Notes: generated by a model not told the origin, from the sequence alone. DNA of 34,161 bases from Sulfurimonadaceae bacterium (GCA_041571435.1 JBFFUI010000023.1:1-34161), one strand, 5' to 3'. Counted from the stretch's first letter, positions 19,504 to 29,546 are shown. Translations and numbers: made by a program.

Positions 19504-21762
19504 ATGGAATTTTTTAAAAAGATATTCAAAGCCTTAAACTCGGCCCAGCACCCCTGGCAGGTCACCCTCTCAATCGCCTTGGGCATGGTCGCGGGTCTGA
19601 CACCGCTCAACGGGATGCAGACACTGCTTATCCTCTTTGTCGTCTTCCTGATCAACATCCATATCGGCCTCTTCTTTGCGGCTTCGGGGCTCTTTGCCGG
19701 GATCGCCTACCTCTTTGATCCGCAGATGGAGCAGCTGGGCTACATGCTGCTCAACAGCGAGGGGCTCAAAGAGCTCTACACGCTCTGGTACAACAGCGGC
19801 CTGATGCGCTTGAGCCACTTCAACAACACCTTGGTGATGGGCGCGACCGTGATCAGTCTGCTCCTGGCCATCCCGCTCTTTTTTATACTGAACGTCGTCA
19901 TCGCACTCTACCGGGATAAAATCGCGCTCTATCTCAATGCCAACAAATGGTTCGCACGACTGGGCATTTTCAAGGTCCAGTCGAAAAAAGAGCCGATCTT
20001 CCGCTGGTGGGGTGCGGGGCTCTACGTGGCAGTGGTCGGCGCATTTGGCGTATTGCTTTTGCTAGTGATCGATCCCTTTTTGAAATGGGGGATCGAAAAA
20101 GGGGCGACCAAGCTCCTGCAGAAAGATGTCCGTGTCGCCTCGGTGACAACCCATCTCTTTGAAGGGTATGTCAGCATCGAGAGGGTGGAAGTGGCAAGCG
20201 AGCAAGATGGCGTTGACGCCTTCTCCATAGAGAATATCGGATTCGATATCGACACGAATGCGCTGCTGCTCTCCAAGACCCACATCGAAAACATGCAGCT
20301 TAAAGGGGTGGGATTTGATACCCCAGCCACCATGAAGAAGGTTTACGGAAAAACGGCCTACAAGACGCAAAGCGAGGCAGAGGACAAATCGCCAGAAGCA
20401 CAAAAAGAGAGCAGCATGACGATGCCTTCCATCGCACTGCCGACACCGAGCGAGCTGCTGGCCAAGTCGGACCTGAAGTCCACAAAGCTCTACGAAGAGG
20501 CCAAGACGGAGCTGGAGGCTATAGAAGCGAAGTGGCGCAAGATACAGCAGCAGCAGCTCTCCGAGGCGGCACTGGCGCAGTATGAAAAAGAGCTTGCGCA
20601 GCTGCAGGCAGATGCCAGGTCCAAAGATCCCGCGAAACTGCTCGCTTTGTCCGGGCAGGTCCAATCCTATACCAAAAAACTCGAAGCGCAGAAAAAAGCA
20701 GTCGAGAGACTCCAAAAGGAGTACAGTGCAGACCAGAAACGTCTGAAAACGCTTTTGGCGGCGGTCAAAAATGCGCCGCAGGAGGACTACGCCAAACTGC
20801 GATCGACCTACAGTCTCGACAGCAGCGGCGGCATCAACCTCTTTGGTCTTCTCTTCAGCCAGAAGATCGCGGGGTATCTCCATCAGGCACGCCGTTACTA
20901 CGCCCAGGTCGAGCCCTATCTCAAGAGTGACGAAGCCGCGCCCGAAGCGATCCCGCCGCGTGGAGAGGGACGCTGGATCCGGTTTGCGGAGTCGGTACCA
21001 AGCCCTGATCTCTGGATCGCCCGAACAGCTTTGAGCGGTGCTATAAGTGACTACCGTTTAGAGGGCGTCATCAGGAACATCTCGGACAACCAGAAAGCGC
21101 TTGGCAAGATGCTGACATTTGTGATCGACGGCGAGAGCGCGAAAGTGAAGGGACTGCATATTGAGGGCAGCGACGACCGTCTTGGCAAAAAAGTGGTCGA
21201 CACCGTGGCATTTGATGCCGACACACTCGAGATAAAAGAGATGGGCCTGCAGAAGATGCAGATCACCGATGCGAAGATCGCTTTTGACGGTCGGCTGAGC
21301 GTGGTGGAGAGCAGTACGGTTTCAGGCAGGACAGAGCTGACCTTCAGAGAGGCGAGGATCCGGCTGGATGAGGTCGGCGGCAAAGGGGCGGAGATCATAA
21401 ACGATATCTTGAAAGAGATCCGCTTTTTCAGCGCTGCCGTCAGCGTTGAGGGGCAGTGGCAGAACCCATCCGTTAAGGTCAGTTCTGACATCGACAAGCT
21501 GCTTTCCGCCGGTTTTAAAAAGGCGATGGCCAAGGAGATCGCCGGTTACAAAAAAGAGTTGAAAGTGCTACTGGATAGACAGGCCAAAGAGCAGCTGGGC
21601 GAACTGGGCGGCATGTCCGGCGGTTTTACCGAGGTCGGAAAGCTGATCGATCAGCAGAACCTCTCGCTGGATACACTGGGGACAAAAGCACAGGGGCTTG
21701 GCAGCGGCAGCAGTAAAGGGCTTTCGAATGGGAAGGATCTTAAAAAGCGTTTCAAGTTTTAA
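19504..21762 (+). CDS. Fused TIGR03546-like membrane domain and TIGR03545-like (AsmA-related) protein
   Basis: N-terminus KALNSAQHPWQV...FNNTLVMG; then FRWWG, a TM anchor, beta-rich region, coiled coil, RGEGRWIRF..PDLWI and VSSDID. TGTTACAAT at 19464-19472. Confidence 0.75.
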   Translation: MEFFKKIFKALNSAQHPWQVTLSIALGMVAGLTPLNGMQTLLILFVVFLINIHIGLFFAASGLFAGIAYLFDPQMEQLGYMLLNSEGLKELYTLWYNSGLMRLSHFNNTLVMGATVISLLLAIPLFFILNVVIALYRDKIALYLNANKWFARLGIFKVQSKKEPIFRWWGAGLYVAVVGAFGVLLLLVIDPFLKWGIEKGATKLLQKDVRVASVTTHLFEGYVSIERVEVASEQDGVDAFSIENIGFDIDTNALLLSKTHIENMQLKGVGFDTPATMKKVYGKTAYKTQSEAEDKSPEAQKESSMTMPSIALPTPSELLAKSDLKSTKLYEEAKTELEAIEAKWRKIQQQQLSEAALAQYEKELAQLQADARSKDPAKLLALSGQVQSYTKKLEAQKKAVERLQKEYSADQKRLKTLLAAVKNAPQEDYAKLRSTYSLDSSGGINLFGLLFSQKIAGYLHQARRYYAQVEPYLKSDEAAPEAIPPRGEGRWIRFAESVPSPDLWIARTALSGAISDYRLEGVIRNISDNQKALGKMLTFVIDGESAKVKGLHIEGSDDRLGKKVVDTVAFDADTLEIKEMGLQKMQITDAKIAFDGRLSVVESSTVSGRTELTFREARIRLDEVGGKGAEIINDILKEIRFFSAAVSVEGQWQNPSVKVSSDIDKLLSAGFKKAMAKEIAGYKKELKVLLDRQAKEQLGELGGMSGGFTEVGKLIDQQNLSLDTLGTKAQGLGSGSSKGLSNGKDLKKRFKF

Positions 21763-21790
21763 AGATTTGAGTGCGCTCCTGTTCTGAGCG

Positions 21791-22351
21791 CTATCGGCGC
21801 TTCAAGACATGCCATAGTGAGTGCAGGTTGGTTCCCGGCTCTTTCAGTACCGCGGTGATGGCAAGGTTCTCAAGCGCTTCGAGCACCAGAAAACCGATAC
21901 TGATGTGGAAGAGCAGATTGCTTTTTGCAACGAGGAGCAGGAGAAGTCCGGCACTGAAAAAGAGGGCCGTGATCTTGGTGAGCCAGGTGTGGTAGGCGAT
22001 CATCTGGCCGAACTTGATGCGGGCGATGATGCCAGGTAGCAGAAAGAGCAGAATCGCAGCGGTGATGTAGTGCCACTCCGCTTTGATGATCTCCGGCCAG
22101 AGCCACCAGGTCGCAAAGGGAACACTCATGTAGGTTACATAGTCACCGATGCTGTCGAGTTTGGAGCCGATATCGCTGCATTCGTGCCACATTCTTGCAA
22201 GGTAGCCGTCAAGCGCATCGGTCAGCAGCATCAGGCCAAAGAGGGTGAAAAAGAGCACCTCACTGCCATAGTAAGCGGCCAGAAGCAGCAAAGGGGCCAT
22301 CGCTATCCGCGAGAGGCTGAGCATATTGGGGATCGTCATCGGTATCTTCAT
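21791..22351 (-). CDS. CDP-alcohol phosphatidyltransferase family protein
   Basis: TIPNMLSLSR and the signature DGxxAR-x7-GxxLDxxxD (DGYLARMWHECSDIGSKLDSIGD). Confidence 0.9.
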   Translation of the reverse strand: MKIPMTIPNMLSLSRIAMAPLLLLAAYYGSEVLFFTLFGLMLLTDALDGYLARMWHECSDIGSKLDSIGDYVTYMSVPFATWWLWPEIIKAEWHYITAAILLFLLPGIIARIKFGQMIAYHTWLTKITALFFSAGLLLLLVAKSNLLFHISIGFLVLEALENLAITAVLKEPGTNLHSLWHVLKRR

Positions 22352-22408
22352 CCCTCTATAGTACTGTAATCTTTCTCGCTATTGACTAAAGGGTGTTTTA
22401 TGCTGCTC

Positions 22409-22437
22409 TTGACTGTTTAGAATGAGAGTTATATAAT
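22409..22437 (+). promoter_or_regulatory. Sigma70-type promoter for amrA-amrB
   Basis: TTGACT (22409-22414), 17-bp spacer, TATAAT (22432-22437), then GAGG RBS. Confidence 0.7.
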
Positions 22438-22454
22438 AGAACACGAGGTGCGCT

Positions 22455-23003
22455 ATGAAACAGATATATTTGGACATTGCAAGAGAAGCCATAGCAGAGG
22501 GGCTCTACAACAGAGCGACGATCGACAGAGAAAAGATAGTGCTCGCGTATCCGGAGTTGGGCGAAAAGGGGGCAGTCTTTGTCACCTTGAACCTCTACGG
22601 CGGGTTGCGCGGCTGTATCGGTTCGCTGGTAGCGCATCGTCCTCTTATCGATGATCTTATTGACAATGCCCGTGCTGCGGCGTTTAAAGATCCGAGGTTT
22701 ATCCCCTTGACGCTCACCGAGTTTGATGAGTTGGAGATTGAGGTCTCGCTGCTGAGTGCACCGAGACGTCTTGAGTACAGTTCAACGGCCGACCTTAAAA
22801 CAAAAATCAGGCCGGGTCTTGATGGTGTGGTCTTAGACCTGAACGGCTACAGAGCGACCTTCTTGCCGCAGGTATGGGAGGAGCTCCCCACATTTGAGCT
22901 TTTTTTCAATCATCTCTGTCATAAAGCGGGGCTTGATGGCGACTGTCTCGAGATGCACCCAAAGATAGAGATCTACCAGGTCGAAAAGATCAAGGAGGTG
23001 TAA
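22455..23003 (+). CDS. amrA: AmmeMemoRadiSam system protein A (AMMECR1 domain)
   Basis: AVFVTL...LRGCIG, AAFKDPRF, IEVSLLS, ATFLPQVW. Confidence 0.93.
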   Translation: MKQIYLDIAREAIAEGLYNRATIDREKIVLAYPELGEKGAVFVTLNLYGGLRGCIGSLVAHRPLIDDLIDNARAAAFKDPRFIPLTLTEFDELEIEVSLLSAPRRLEYSSTADLKTKIRPGLDGVVLDLNGYRATFLPQVWEELPTFELFFNHLCHKAGLDGDCLEMHPKIEIYQVEKIKEV

Positions 23004-23004
23004 G

Positions 23005-23811
23005 ATGAGTATCAGAGAGACGTCTGTTGCCGGTACGTTCTACCCGGCATCGTGCAGTGATATAGAGCAGTATCTGAAACGTTTTGACGCTGTGTTAGAT
23101 GATAACAACTATAACAGCAGCGCCATCGACATATCGCCGCGTGCGATCATTGTTCCGCATGCAGGTTACGTCTACAGCGGGTTTACAGCTAATGTCGCTT
23201 TTAAAACAGCGGCGGCAAAAAGAGCTAACATCAAACGCGTCGTTGTCATCGGTCCGAGCCACCGTGTCTATATTAACGGGGCGTCGATTGCACTCTATTC
23301 GCGTTATGCCTCACCCTGCGGCGAGATGAAAATCGACCTCGGCTTCAGCAACGAACTCAACGACACGTTTGACTTTCTGCACTTTGCGCCAGAGGCGCAC
23401 AACGAACACTCGACAGAGGTGCAGATCCCTTTTGTGCAACACTACTTTCCCGAGGCCGAAGTGCTCGAGATCGTTTACGGCGACCTGGATTACAGGGAGC
23501 TTTCCAAACTGATCGACAAGGTGCTCACCGACAGTGAGACACTGGTCGTCATCAGTACCGACCTGAGCCATTTCTACACCCGTCTGCAGGCGGAAAGTCT
23601 GGATTCACTCTGTATCGAGGGGATGGCGGAACTCAACCTTTCACCGCTGGAGAGCGGCTGTGAAGCCTGCGGTATGATCGGTGTCAAAGCGGTTATCGAC
23701 ACCGCGCGCAGGGCCGGGCTCAACAGCAAGGTGCTCGACTACCGCACCAGTGCCGACGCCAGCGGAGATGAACAGAGCGTGGTCGGGTATGTCTCGGCAC
23801 TGATCGGCTGA
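23005..23811 (+). CDS. amrB: AmmeMemoRadiSam system protein B (MEMO1 family)
   Basis: VAGTFYP, PHAGYVYSG, GPSH, EHSTEVQ, STDLSHF, EACG, VVGY. Confidence 0.93.
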   Translation: MSIRETSVAGTFYPASCSDIEQYLKRFDAVLDDNNYNSSAIDISPRAIIVPHAGYVYSGFTANVAFKTAAAKRANIKRVVVIGPSHRVYINGASIALYSRYASPCGEMKIDLGFSNELNDTFDFLHFAPEAHNEHSTEVQIPFVQHYFPEAEVLEIVYGDLDYRELSKLIDKVLTDSETLVVISTDLSHFYTRLQAESLDSLCIEGMAELNLSPLESGCEACGMIGVKAVIDTARRAGLNSKVLDYRTSADASGDEQSVVGYVSALIG

Positions 23812-23842
23812 GAGTAGCGGCAGCTTCTCTATTCTTCTACTG

Positions 23843-24952
23843 TCATAAACATCGCTCCAGCGGCGTATAGGTCAGACTGAGCGCCTGGGCAACGGCAGGG
23901 TTGGTCACTGCACCCTTATAGAGGTTGACGCCGGAGGCGAGAGAAGGATCGTTTGTGATGGCATCCGTCGTGCCTGCGCCGGCCAGCTTCCGGACGTAGG
24001 GGAAGGTGGCATTGGTCAGAGCCAGGGTCGATGTTCTCGGGTAGGCACCGGGCATATTGGCGACGCAGTAGTGCAGCACGCCCTCTTCGACAAAGATCGG
24101 ATCGGTGTGGGTCGTCGGCCGGGAGGTCTCTGCAATACCGCCCTGATCGATCGGGATGTCAGCCAGCACACTCCCTCTTTTCATCGTTTTGAGCATGTCG
24201 CGCGTGATCAGTTTCGGTGTTGTGGCGCCGCCGTGGATCAGGACCGTGCCGATCACGATGTCCGCCTCTTTGATAAGTTCGCGCAGTATTGCCGGCGAGT
24301 AGACCGCCGTCTTGACCGAAGGCAGGACCTTCTGGAGCTGTTCGAGTTTCGGTGTGGAGCGGTTGAGCACCGTCACTTCGGCGCCCATCCCGACGACGAC
24401 CTTGGCGGCGCTGAAACCGGCATTGCCGGCACCGATGATCAGGGCCTTTGCCGGTGCCACCCCGATGGCACCGCCGATCAGAACACCCTCGCCGCCCTGG
24501 TAACGGCTGAGGTGGTGGGCAGCGACCGCGGGGGCCATCTTGCCGGCGATCTCGCTCATCGGTTTGAGCAGCGGCAGTTCACCGTCGGCGGCTACGGTCT
24601 CATAGGCGATCGCACAGACCCCTTTTTCGAGCAGCAGGTCGACCAGCTCCGCCAAAGGGGCGAGGTGAAGGTAGCAAAAGAGGGTGTGGCTCGCATTCAA
24701 AAGCGGATACTCGGAGGGCTGCGGCTCCTTGACCTTGACGATCAGCTGCGCCTTGCTGTAGAGCGCTTCGGCATCTGCTACCACTTCGGCGCCCGCGTCA
24801 CGGTAGAGTGCGTCGCTGAAACCGCTTCCCTCTCCGGCGCCGCTCTGGACAATGACACGGTGTCCTTCATCAACGAGCGCGGCCACATTAAAGGGGGTCG
24901 CCCCAACACGGTACTCATCGGTTTTGACCTCTTTGGGAATACCTACTGTCAT
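23843..24952 (-). CDS. ald: Alanine dehydrogenase
   Basis: VGIPKEVK..EYRVG, VKVKEP, YLHLA, PMSEIAG, GAGNAG, IDQGG, HYCVANMPGAYP. Start is ATG 24952 or GTG 24955. Confidence 0.93.
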   Translation of the reverse strand: MTVGIPKEVKTDEYRVGATPFNVAALVDEGHRVIVQSGAGEGSGFSDALYRDAGAEVVADAEALYSKAQLIVKVKEPQPSEYPLLNASHTLFCYLHLAPLAELVDLLLEKGVCAIAYETVAADGELPLLKPMSEIAGKMAPAVAAHHLSRYQGGEGVLIGGAIGVAPAKALIIGAGNAGFSAAKVVVGMGAEVTVLNRSTPKLEQLQKVLPSVKTAVYSPAILRELIKEADIVIGTVLIHGGATTPKLITRDMLKTMKRGSVLADIPIDQGGIAETSRPTTHTDPIFVEEGVLHYCVANMPGAYPRTSTLALTNATFPYVRKLAGAGTTDAITNDPSLASGVNLYKGAVTNPAVAQALSLTYTPLERCL

Positions 24953-25103
24953 CACTCTCTCCTTATGCTGCGTCTCGTCTATCTGTTAATGATACTCCAT
25001 AAAATCTTACATCAGATAAAAATGAGCACGCGCGCTTATCGGCCAGGCAACTCTCTTTGATGCCGGAATTGATAAGCGGGGCACAATAGGGCATAATAGT
25101 GTT

Positions 25104-25886
25104 ATGAAGATCCCCGGAATCGTCACCGTTTTGGCCCAGCTTGTCGCGGTGCTGCTCATCGTCTATGTCCTCCTCTCTCTCTGGTTCTTTGCCTTTCAGC
25201 GCCGGATGATCTACTTTCCGACGCCCGAGGTGCATGTGCCGGGTGTGGCTCATATCATACTGGACAAAGGAAAGGTCCGTATCAAGGTCTGGACGCTCAA
25301 TACCGGCAAAGGCAAAGCCCTGATCTATTTTGGCGGCAATGCGGAGAACGTCGCGGGCAATATAGATGATTTCAGGGAGATGTTCCCCTACTATACGGTC
25401 TACCTCGTCAACTACCGCGGTTACGGCGGCAGCAGCGGGTCACCCTCAGAAGAGGGGTTTCGGAGCGACGCACTGCTGGTGTACGACCACTTTTCGAAGC
25501 GCCACGCTTCGGTCTCGGTCATGGGGCGCAGTGTCGGTGCAGCGGTCGCCACCTATCTCGCCTCGCAGCGCAGGGTCGATAAGCTTGTGCTGGTGACCCC
25601 TTTTGACAGTGCGGTGAGTGTCGGCAGGAAGATCTACCCCTTTTTGCCGGTAGGGCTTATTGTGCGGGAGCGGCTGGATTCGGCAGCCATTGCTGATAAG
25701 ATCACCGTGCCGACACTGATCGTTGCGGCGGAAGATGACGAGATCATCCCTTATGCGAACACCCGCAACCTTGCAGCGGCATTTACCGGAGTGCATCCGG
25801 AGTTTGTCCCGCTCAGCGGCGTCGGCCACAACAGCGTGCAGATGCATCCCGAGTACAAGAGGCGCATTGCCGGGTTTATGCGGTAG
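25104..25886 (+). CDS. Membrane-anchored alpha/beta hydrolase
   Basis: N-terminal TM, YFGGNAE, YRGYG, nucleophile GRSVG, Asp in DDEIIP, His in GHN. Confidence 0.9.
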   Translation: MKIPGIVTVLAQLVAVLLIVYVLLSLWFFAFQRRMIYFPTPEVHVPGVAHIILDKGKVRIKVWTLNTGKGKALIYFGGNAENVAGNIDDFREMFPYYTVYLVNYRGYGGSSGSPSEEGFRSDALLVYDHFSKRHASVSVMGRSVGAAVATYLASQRRVDKLVLVTPFDSAVSVGRKIYPFLPVGLIVRERLDSAAIADKITVPTLIVAAEDDEIIPYANTRNLAAAFTGVHPEFVPLSGVGHNSVQMHPEYKRRIAGFMR

Positions 25887-25959
25887 GCAGAAAAAGCATC
25901 TGATATCTTTCTATTAAAAAAACAGGAGCAGCAGACAAAACCCTTTGCTGCCTTCGTCG

Positions 25960-26442
25960 CTACTGTGACGGTCTGAAACCTATCATCTGGTATTCATACA
26001 TCTTTTCAACAGAGAGGACATCCCTGTTCTTGATCGCGTTGAACAACTGCGCTTTGATGGCAGGGGATGCTTTGTAGAACCAGAGCTGTTCATCGGCGAT
26101 CAGCTTATCGACAGGCCGGCGATCGCCTTTCACGGCAGCGGTCTTGATAATGTGCAGGGTAATGGCATGGCTGATATCGCAGGCGACGCCGCCCGTGTGG
26201 CCGAGGTCTTCCTGCTTACCCCCGTAAATAATAAGTGTCGCGGCGATCTCTTTGAGGCGTACCTCCAGCTCCCAGGCCATCTCCATGATCGCTTCATAGA
26301 GCTTTGCCGCGATCTTCTTCAGAGCGGTCTCACCCGCCGCATCAGCGGTATTGGCATCGAACCCTTCGATGAGCATCTTCTCCATCGTCGCAAGATCATT
26401 CGCATCAACAGCCGAAAACCATCTCTTCTTTGTCGTTTCCAT
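25960..26442 (-). CDS. Hypothetical protein with an ankyrin-like N-terminal repeat
   Basis: AVDANDLATMEKMLIEGFDANTADAAGETAL resembles one ankyrin repeat; AAGGA RBS. Confidence 0.65.
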   Translation of the reverse strand: METTKKRWFSAVDANDLATMEKMLIEGFDANTADAAGETALKKIAAKLYEAIMEMAWELEVRLKEIAATLIIYGGKQEDLGHTGGVACDISHAITLHIIKTAAVKGDRRPVDKLIADEQLWFYKASPAIKAQLFNAIKNRDVLSVEKMYEYQMIGFRPSQ

Positions 26443-26547
26443 ACTACGGTCCTTTTAGTATAAGCTGACGTTTGTAAAGTGTAGCGGATTCTGAAGCGTA
26501 AATGCAAATCGGCTTTTTCAACCGGAAGGCGTTTGTGGTTAAGGAAT

Positions 26548-27501
26548 TTAACGCCCTTTGACAAGGTCGCCGTCGCGGCCGAGACGGTAGACGTCAAAAT
26601 CATCGGCAATATGGAGCCCTCCGCTGTATTCACGGCGGATCTCGTCGTAGAGCATCGCAACGCTGAGGGGCCCTTTGTCGTTGTAGCGCGGGTCGATGTG
26701 GTTGGTGATGAGGTTTTTGACCCCGCTCTGCTCTGCGGCCAGCCCCAGCGCTTTTGCGGTGGTGTGAAGCACTTTTGTGACGAGCTGGTCGTAGACCACC
26801 TGGGTGTAGGTGCATTCGTGCACCAGCAAATCAAGCCCTTCGAGGTAGCTGCCCAGCACCTCCGGGGCACTGTTGTCGCCGGCGATGATGAGGGTGCGCC
26901 CGATGACCGGCTCGAGCATATAGTACTTTGGCTCCAGCTCACGCCCTTCAAAGGTGATGCGTTTGCCTTTTTTGAGCTCACCGTAGAGGGGCGAGGGTTC
27001 GAGACCGAGTGCTCTGAGCTTCGGCTCATCAAGCCTGTCGGTCGTGTCGTTCTCTTTGATGTAGAAAGCGACACTCTCTTTGGAGTGGACAAGGGGCAGG
27101 AGCTTCAGTGTGAAGCGCTCAAAGACAAAGCGCTCCTGCATACGGTATTCGATGACGGTGAGCTTATAGCCGAGATGCGCTTCGGAGAGATCCATCGCGG
27201 CCGCCAGAAAGGCTCTCAGCCCCTCGGGTCCGTAGATGGTCATCGGCTTAACAACGCCGTCGAGCTTCTTCGTGGACAAGAGGCCCGGCAGACCGTAGTA
27301 GTGGTCGCCGTGCAGGTGGGTGATGAAGATGGTCTCCAGTTTGCCCAGTGAGAGGCCGCTCTTCATGATCTGGCGCTGCGTCCCCTCGCCGCAATCAAAA
27401 AGATACCAGTGGTTCTCCTGCTCGAGCGAGAGCGCCAGTGCCGAGACATTGCGTTCGGTGGTCGGTTTTCCCGCGCTTGTTCCCAGAAATGTCAGTGTCA
27501 A
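26548..27501 (-). CDS. rnz: Ribonuclease Z (metallo-beta-lactamase fold)
   Basis: FLGTSAGKPT..RN, FDCGEGTQ, THLHGDH, flexible-arm segment, HECT, H..PRY; TTG start with AGGAGG RBS. Confidence 0.92.
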   Translation of the reverse strand: MTLTFLGTSAGKPTTERNVSALALSLEQENHWYLFDCGEGTQRQIMKSGLSLGKLETIFITHLHGDHYYGLPGLLSTKKLDGVVKPMTIYGPEGLRAFLAAAMDLSEAHLGYKLTVIEYRMQERFVFERFTLKLLPLVHSKESVAFYIKENDTTDRLDEPKLRALGLEPSPLYGELKKGKRITFEGRELEPKYYMLEPVIGRTLIIAGDNSAPEVLGSYLEGLDLLVHECTYTQVVYDQLVTKVLHTTAKALGLAAEQSGVKNLITNHIDPRYNDKGPLSVAMLYDEIRREYSGGLHIADDFDVYRLGRDGDLVKGR

Positions 27502-27628
27502 GGCAGCCTCCTTTTTGGACGATACACTATTTTAGCACAGTTGGCCTCAGCCTTGATGCGGCGCCACTTTATAGCACTCTGTAGGGAGATATGCTAGTAT
27601 TGAGTATCCCAGTTTTGGAGCAAGAGAG

Positions 27629-28345
27629 ATGCCTGAACGCCACCGCGGTGCCCATCCCCACGATGTCAAATGTTTTGCCGACGACCAGCTTGATAGGCTT
27701 AGAAGAGCCGCAGGCGAACTCTCCTGGCTGGTGAGCCGCGGCTATGCCATGGGCGCCTCCAGCGACCTTGTCGGCGACCATCATCAGCTCACCTCAAGAC
27801 AGCGGCTGGCCATCGCCCGTGTCGTATGCGCCGACGACGAAGTGCAAACGCGCCGGCAAAAGGCCGTTGCGCTTTCGGCCCTCAAGGGCAAGACCCTGCT
27901 CATAGACGGCTTCAACCTGCTGATCACCATCGAGACCGCACTTGGCGGCGGGGTGCTCTTTGCAAGCCGTGACGGCTGCTGCCGGGACCTCTCTTCGGTC
28001 TACGGCAGCTACAAGATCGTGGCGGAGACCGCGCGCGCCATCGAGCTTATCGGCTCGACACTGGCGCAGGCATCGCCTGCAAAGGTGCAGTGGCTCTTTG
28101 ATCGGCCCGTCTCCAACAGCGGCAGGGTGGCGGCCCTGGTGCGTGAGATCGCCGCAGAGCATCAGTGGCCCTTTGAAGCGGAGCTGACGGAGCGCACCGA
28201 TTCGCTTTTGAGCAAAAGCCCCAATGTCGTCATCTCCTGCGATTCGGCCATCCTCGAGCGCAGTGCGCAGTGGTGCAGCCTCGCCTGTGTGATCGTCTCG
28301 GAGCAGATCCCCGATGCCTGGATCGTGGACCTGGTTCAGGCATAA
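27629..28345 (+). CDS. DUF434 domain protein (C-terminal part PIN/NYN-like)
   Basis: HRGAHP.D, LSWL.SRGY, VGDHHQL..RQR, IDGFNLLITIE, DG..RDL, FDRPVSNSG, SCDSAIL. Confidence 0.8.
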   Translation: MPERHRGAHPHDVKCFADDQLDRLRRAAGELSWLVSRGYAMGASSDLVGDHHQLTSRQRLAIARVVCADDEVQTRRQKAVALSALKGKTLLIDGFNLLITIETALGGGVLFASRDGCCRDLSSVYGSYKIVAETARAIELIGSTLAQASPAKVQWLFDRPVSNSGRVAALVREIAAEHQWPFEAELTERTDSLLSKSPNVVISCDSAILERSAQWCSLACVIVSEQIPDAWIVDLVQA

Positions 28346-28427
28346 AATTAGCTCGATTTCTTTTTATAACTATAAGATTGGATGGAGTATTATAAAATAA
28401 TACGTGAACCCTTAGAAGGAGGATGCA

Positions 28428-29453
28428 ATGTCCGAAGCAGCATGGTTAAGCAAAGCATTGAGCAGCGGGAAGGTCTTGTGTCAGGCCTGTGCACAGTCGT
28501 GCAAGCTTGCCGAAGGCGAGTACGGTATCTGCGGTGTCCGAAAGGTCGAGAACGGTGAGCTGAGACTGCTGGTCTACGGGCTCGCCGCCGCGGTCAACGT
28601 CGACCCGGTGGAGAAGAAGCCGATGTTCCATTTTATGCCCGAGAGCAGGGCATTCTCCGTCGGAACCGTGGGGTGCAACTTCTCCTGCACCTTCTGCCAG
28701 AACGCGGACATCTCCCAGTATCCCAAAGAGCATGACCACAGGATCGTCGGCCAGGAGCTGCCGCCGGAGCGGATCGTCGAGCTGGCGCTCGAGTACGGCT
28801 GCGACTCCATCGCCTACACCTACAACGAACCGATCGTCTTTTTCGAGTACACCTACGACACGGCCAAACTGGCCCATGAGAAAGGGCTCAAGAACATCTA
28901 TGTCACCAGCGGTTTCGAGACCAAAAAAGCGATCGATCTGCTGGCGCCCTACATCGACGGTATGAACATCGACATCAAGGGCTTTACCGAAGAGTTCTAC
29001 CATGAGATCTGCGGCGGCAAGCTCAAGCCGGTGCTCGAAGCGGTCAAGTATGCCCATGAAAAAGGAATCTGGGTCGAGATCACGACCCTGCTCATTCCCG
29101 GCAAGAACGACGCCGAGGAAGATGTCCGGGGCATCGCCAGATTCATCGCCGACCTCGATCCGGCCATACCGTGGCACCTCTCCGCCTTCCATCCGACCTA
29201 CAAGATGACAGACGTGCCGAACACACCGGCCTCGACACTGCTTAAAGCCTACAAGATCGGTGAGGAGGAGGGGCTCAAATATATCTACGTCGGCAACATA
29301 GACGACGAAGACCACGAGTCCACCTACTGCCCGAACTGTAAAAATCGGGTGATCGACCGCCGCGGCCATATCGGCCAGTATGTCACCAACAGTCTCGACG
29401 AGAACGGTGTCTGCCCGCACTGCGGCTATCAGCTTGAGGGTATCTGGCACTAG
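28428..29453 (+). CDS. amrS: AmmeMemoRadiSam system radical SAM enzyme
   Basis: DPVEKKP, CNFSCTFCQN (CxxxCxxC), YTYNEP, plus N-terminal and C-terminal Cys clusters. Confidence 0.95.
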   Translation: MSEAAWLSKALSSGKVLCQACAQSCKLAEGEYGICGVRKVENGELRLLVYGLAAAVNVDPVEKKPMFHFMPESRAFSVGTVGCNFSCTFCQNADISQYPKEHDHRIVGQELPPERIVELALEYGCDSIAYTYNEPIVFFEYTYDTAKLAHEKGLKNIYVTSGFETKKAIDLLAPYIDGMNIDIKGFTEEFYHEICGGKLKPVLEAVKYAHEKGIWVEITTLLIPGKNDAEEDVRGIARFIADLDPAIPWHLSAFHPTYKMTDVPNTPASTLLKAYKIGEEEGLKYIYVGNIDDEDHESTYCPNCKNRVIDRRGHIGQYVTNSLDENGVCPHCGYQLEGIWH

Positions 29454-29546
29454 GGTCCAGACCTTTCGCCCTGCCAAAAAGAGGGCGGCGCTTGCGGCAG
29501 GCGTGCTTTTGCTATAATGATGTACTCCATATTGCAAGGCCTTTTC

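Noticed and set aside
28446-29537. Long antisense ORFs (363 aa here; also 24071-25060, 26533-27351, 20062-20883, 11889-12695, 18581-19375)
   Set aside because: Shadow frames opposite well-supported genes, expected with GC-rich codon usage.
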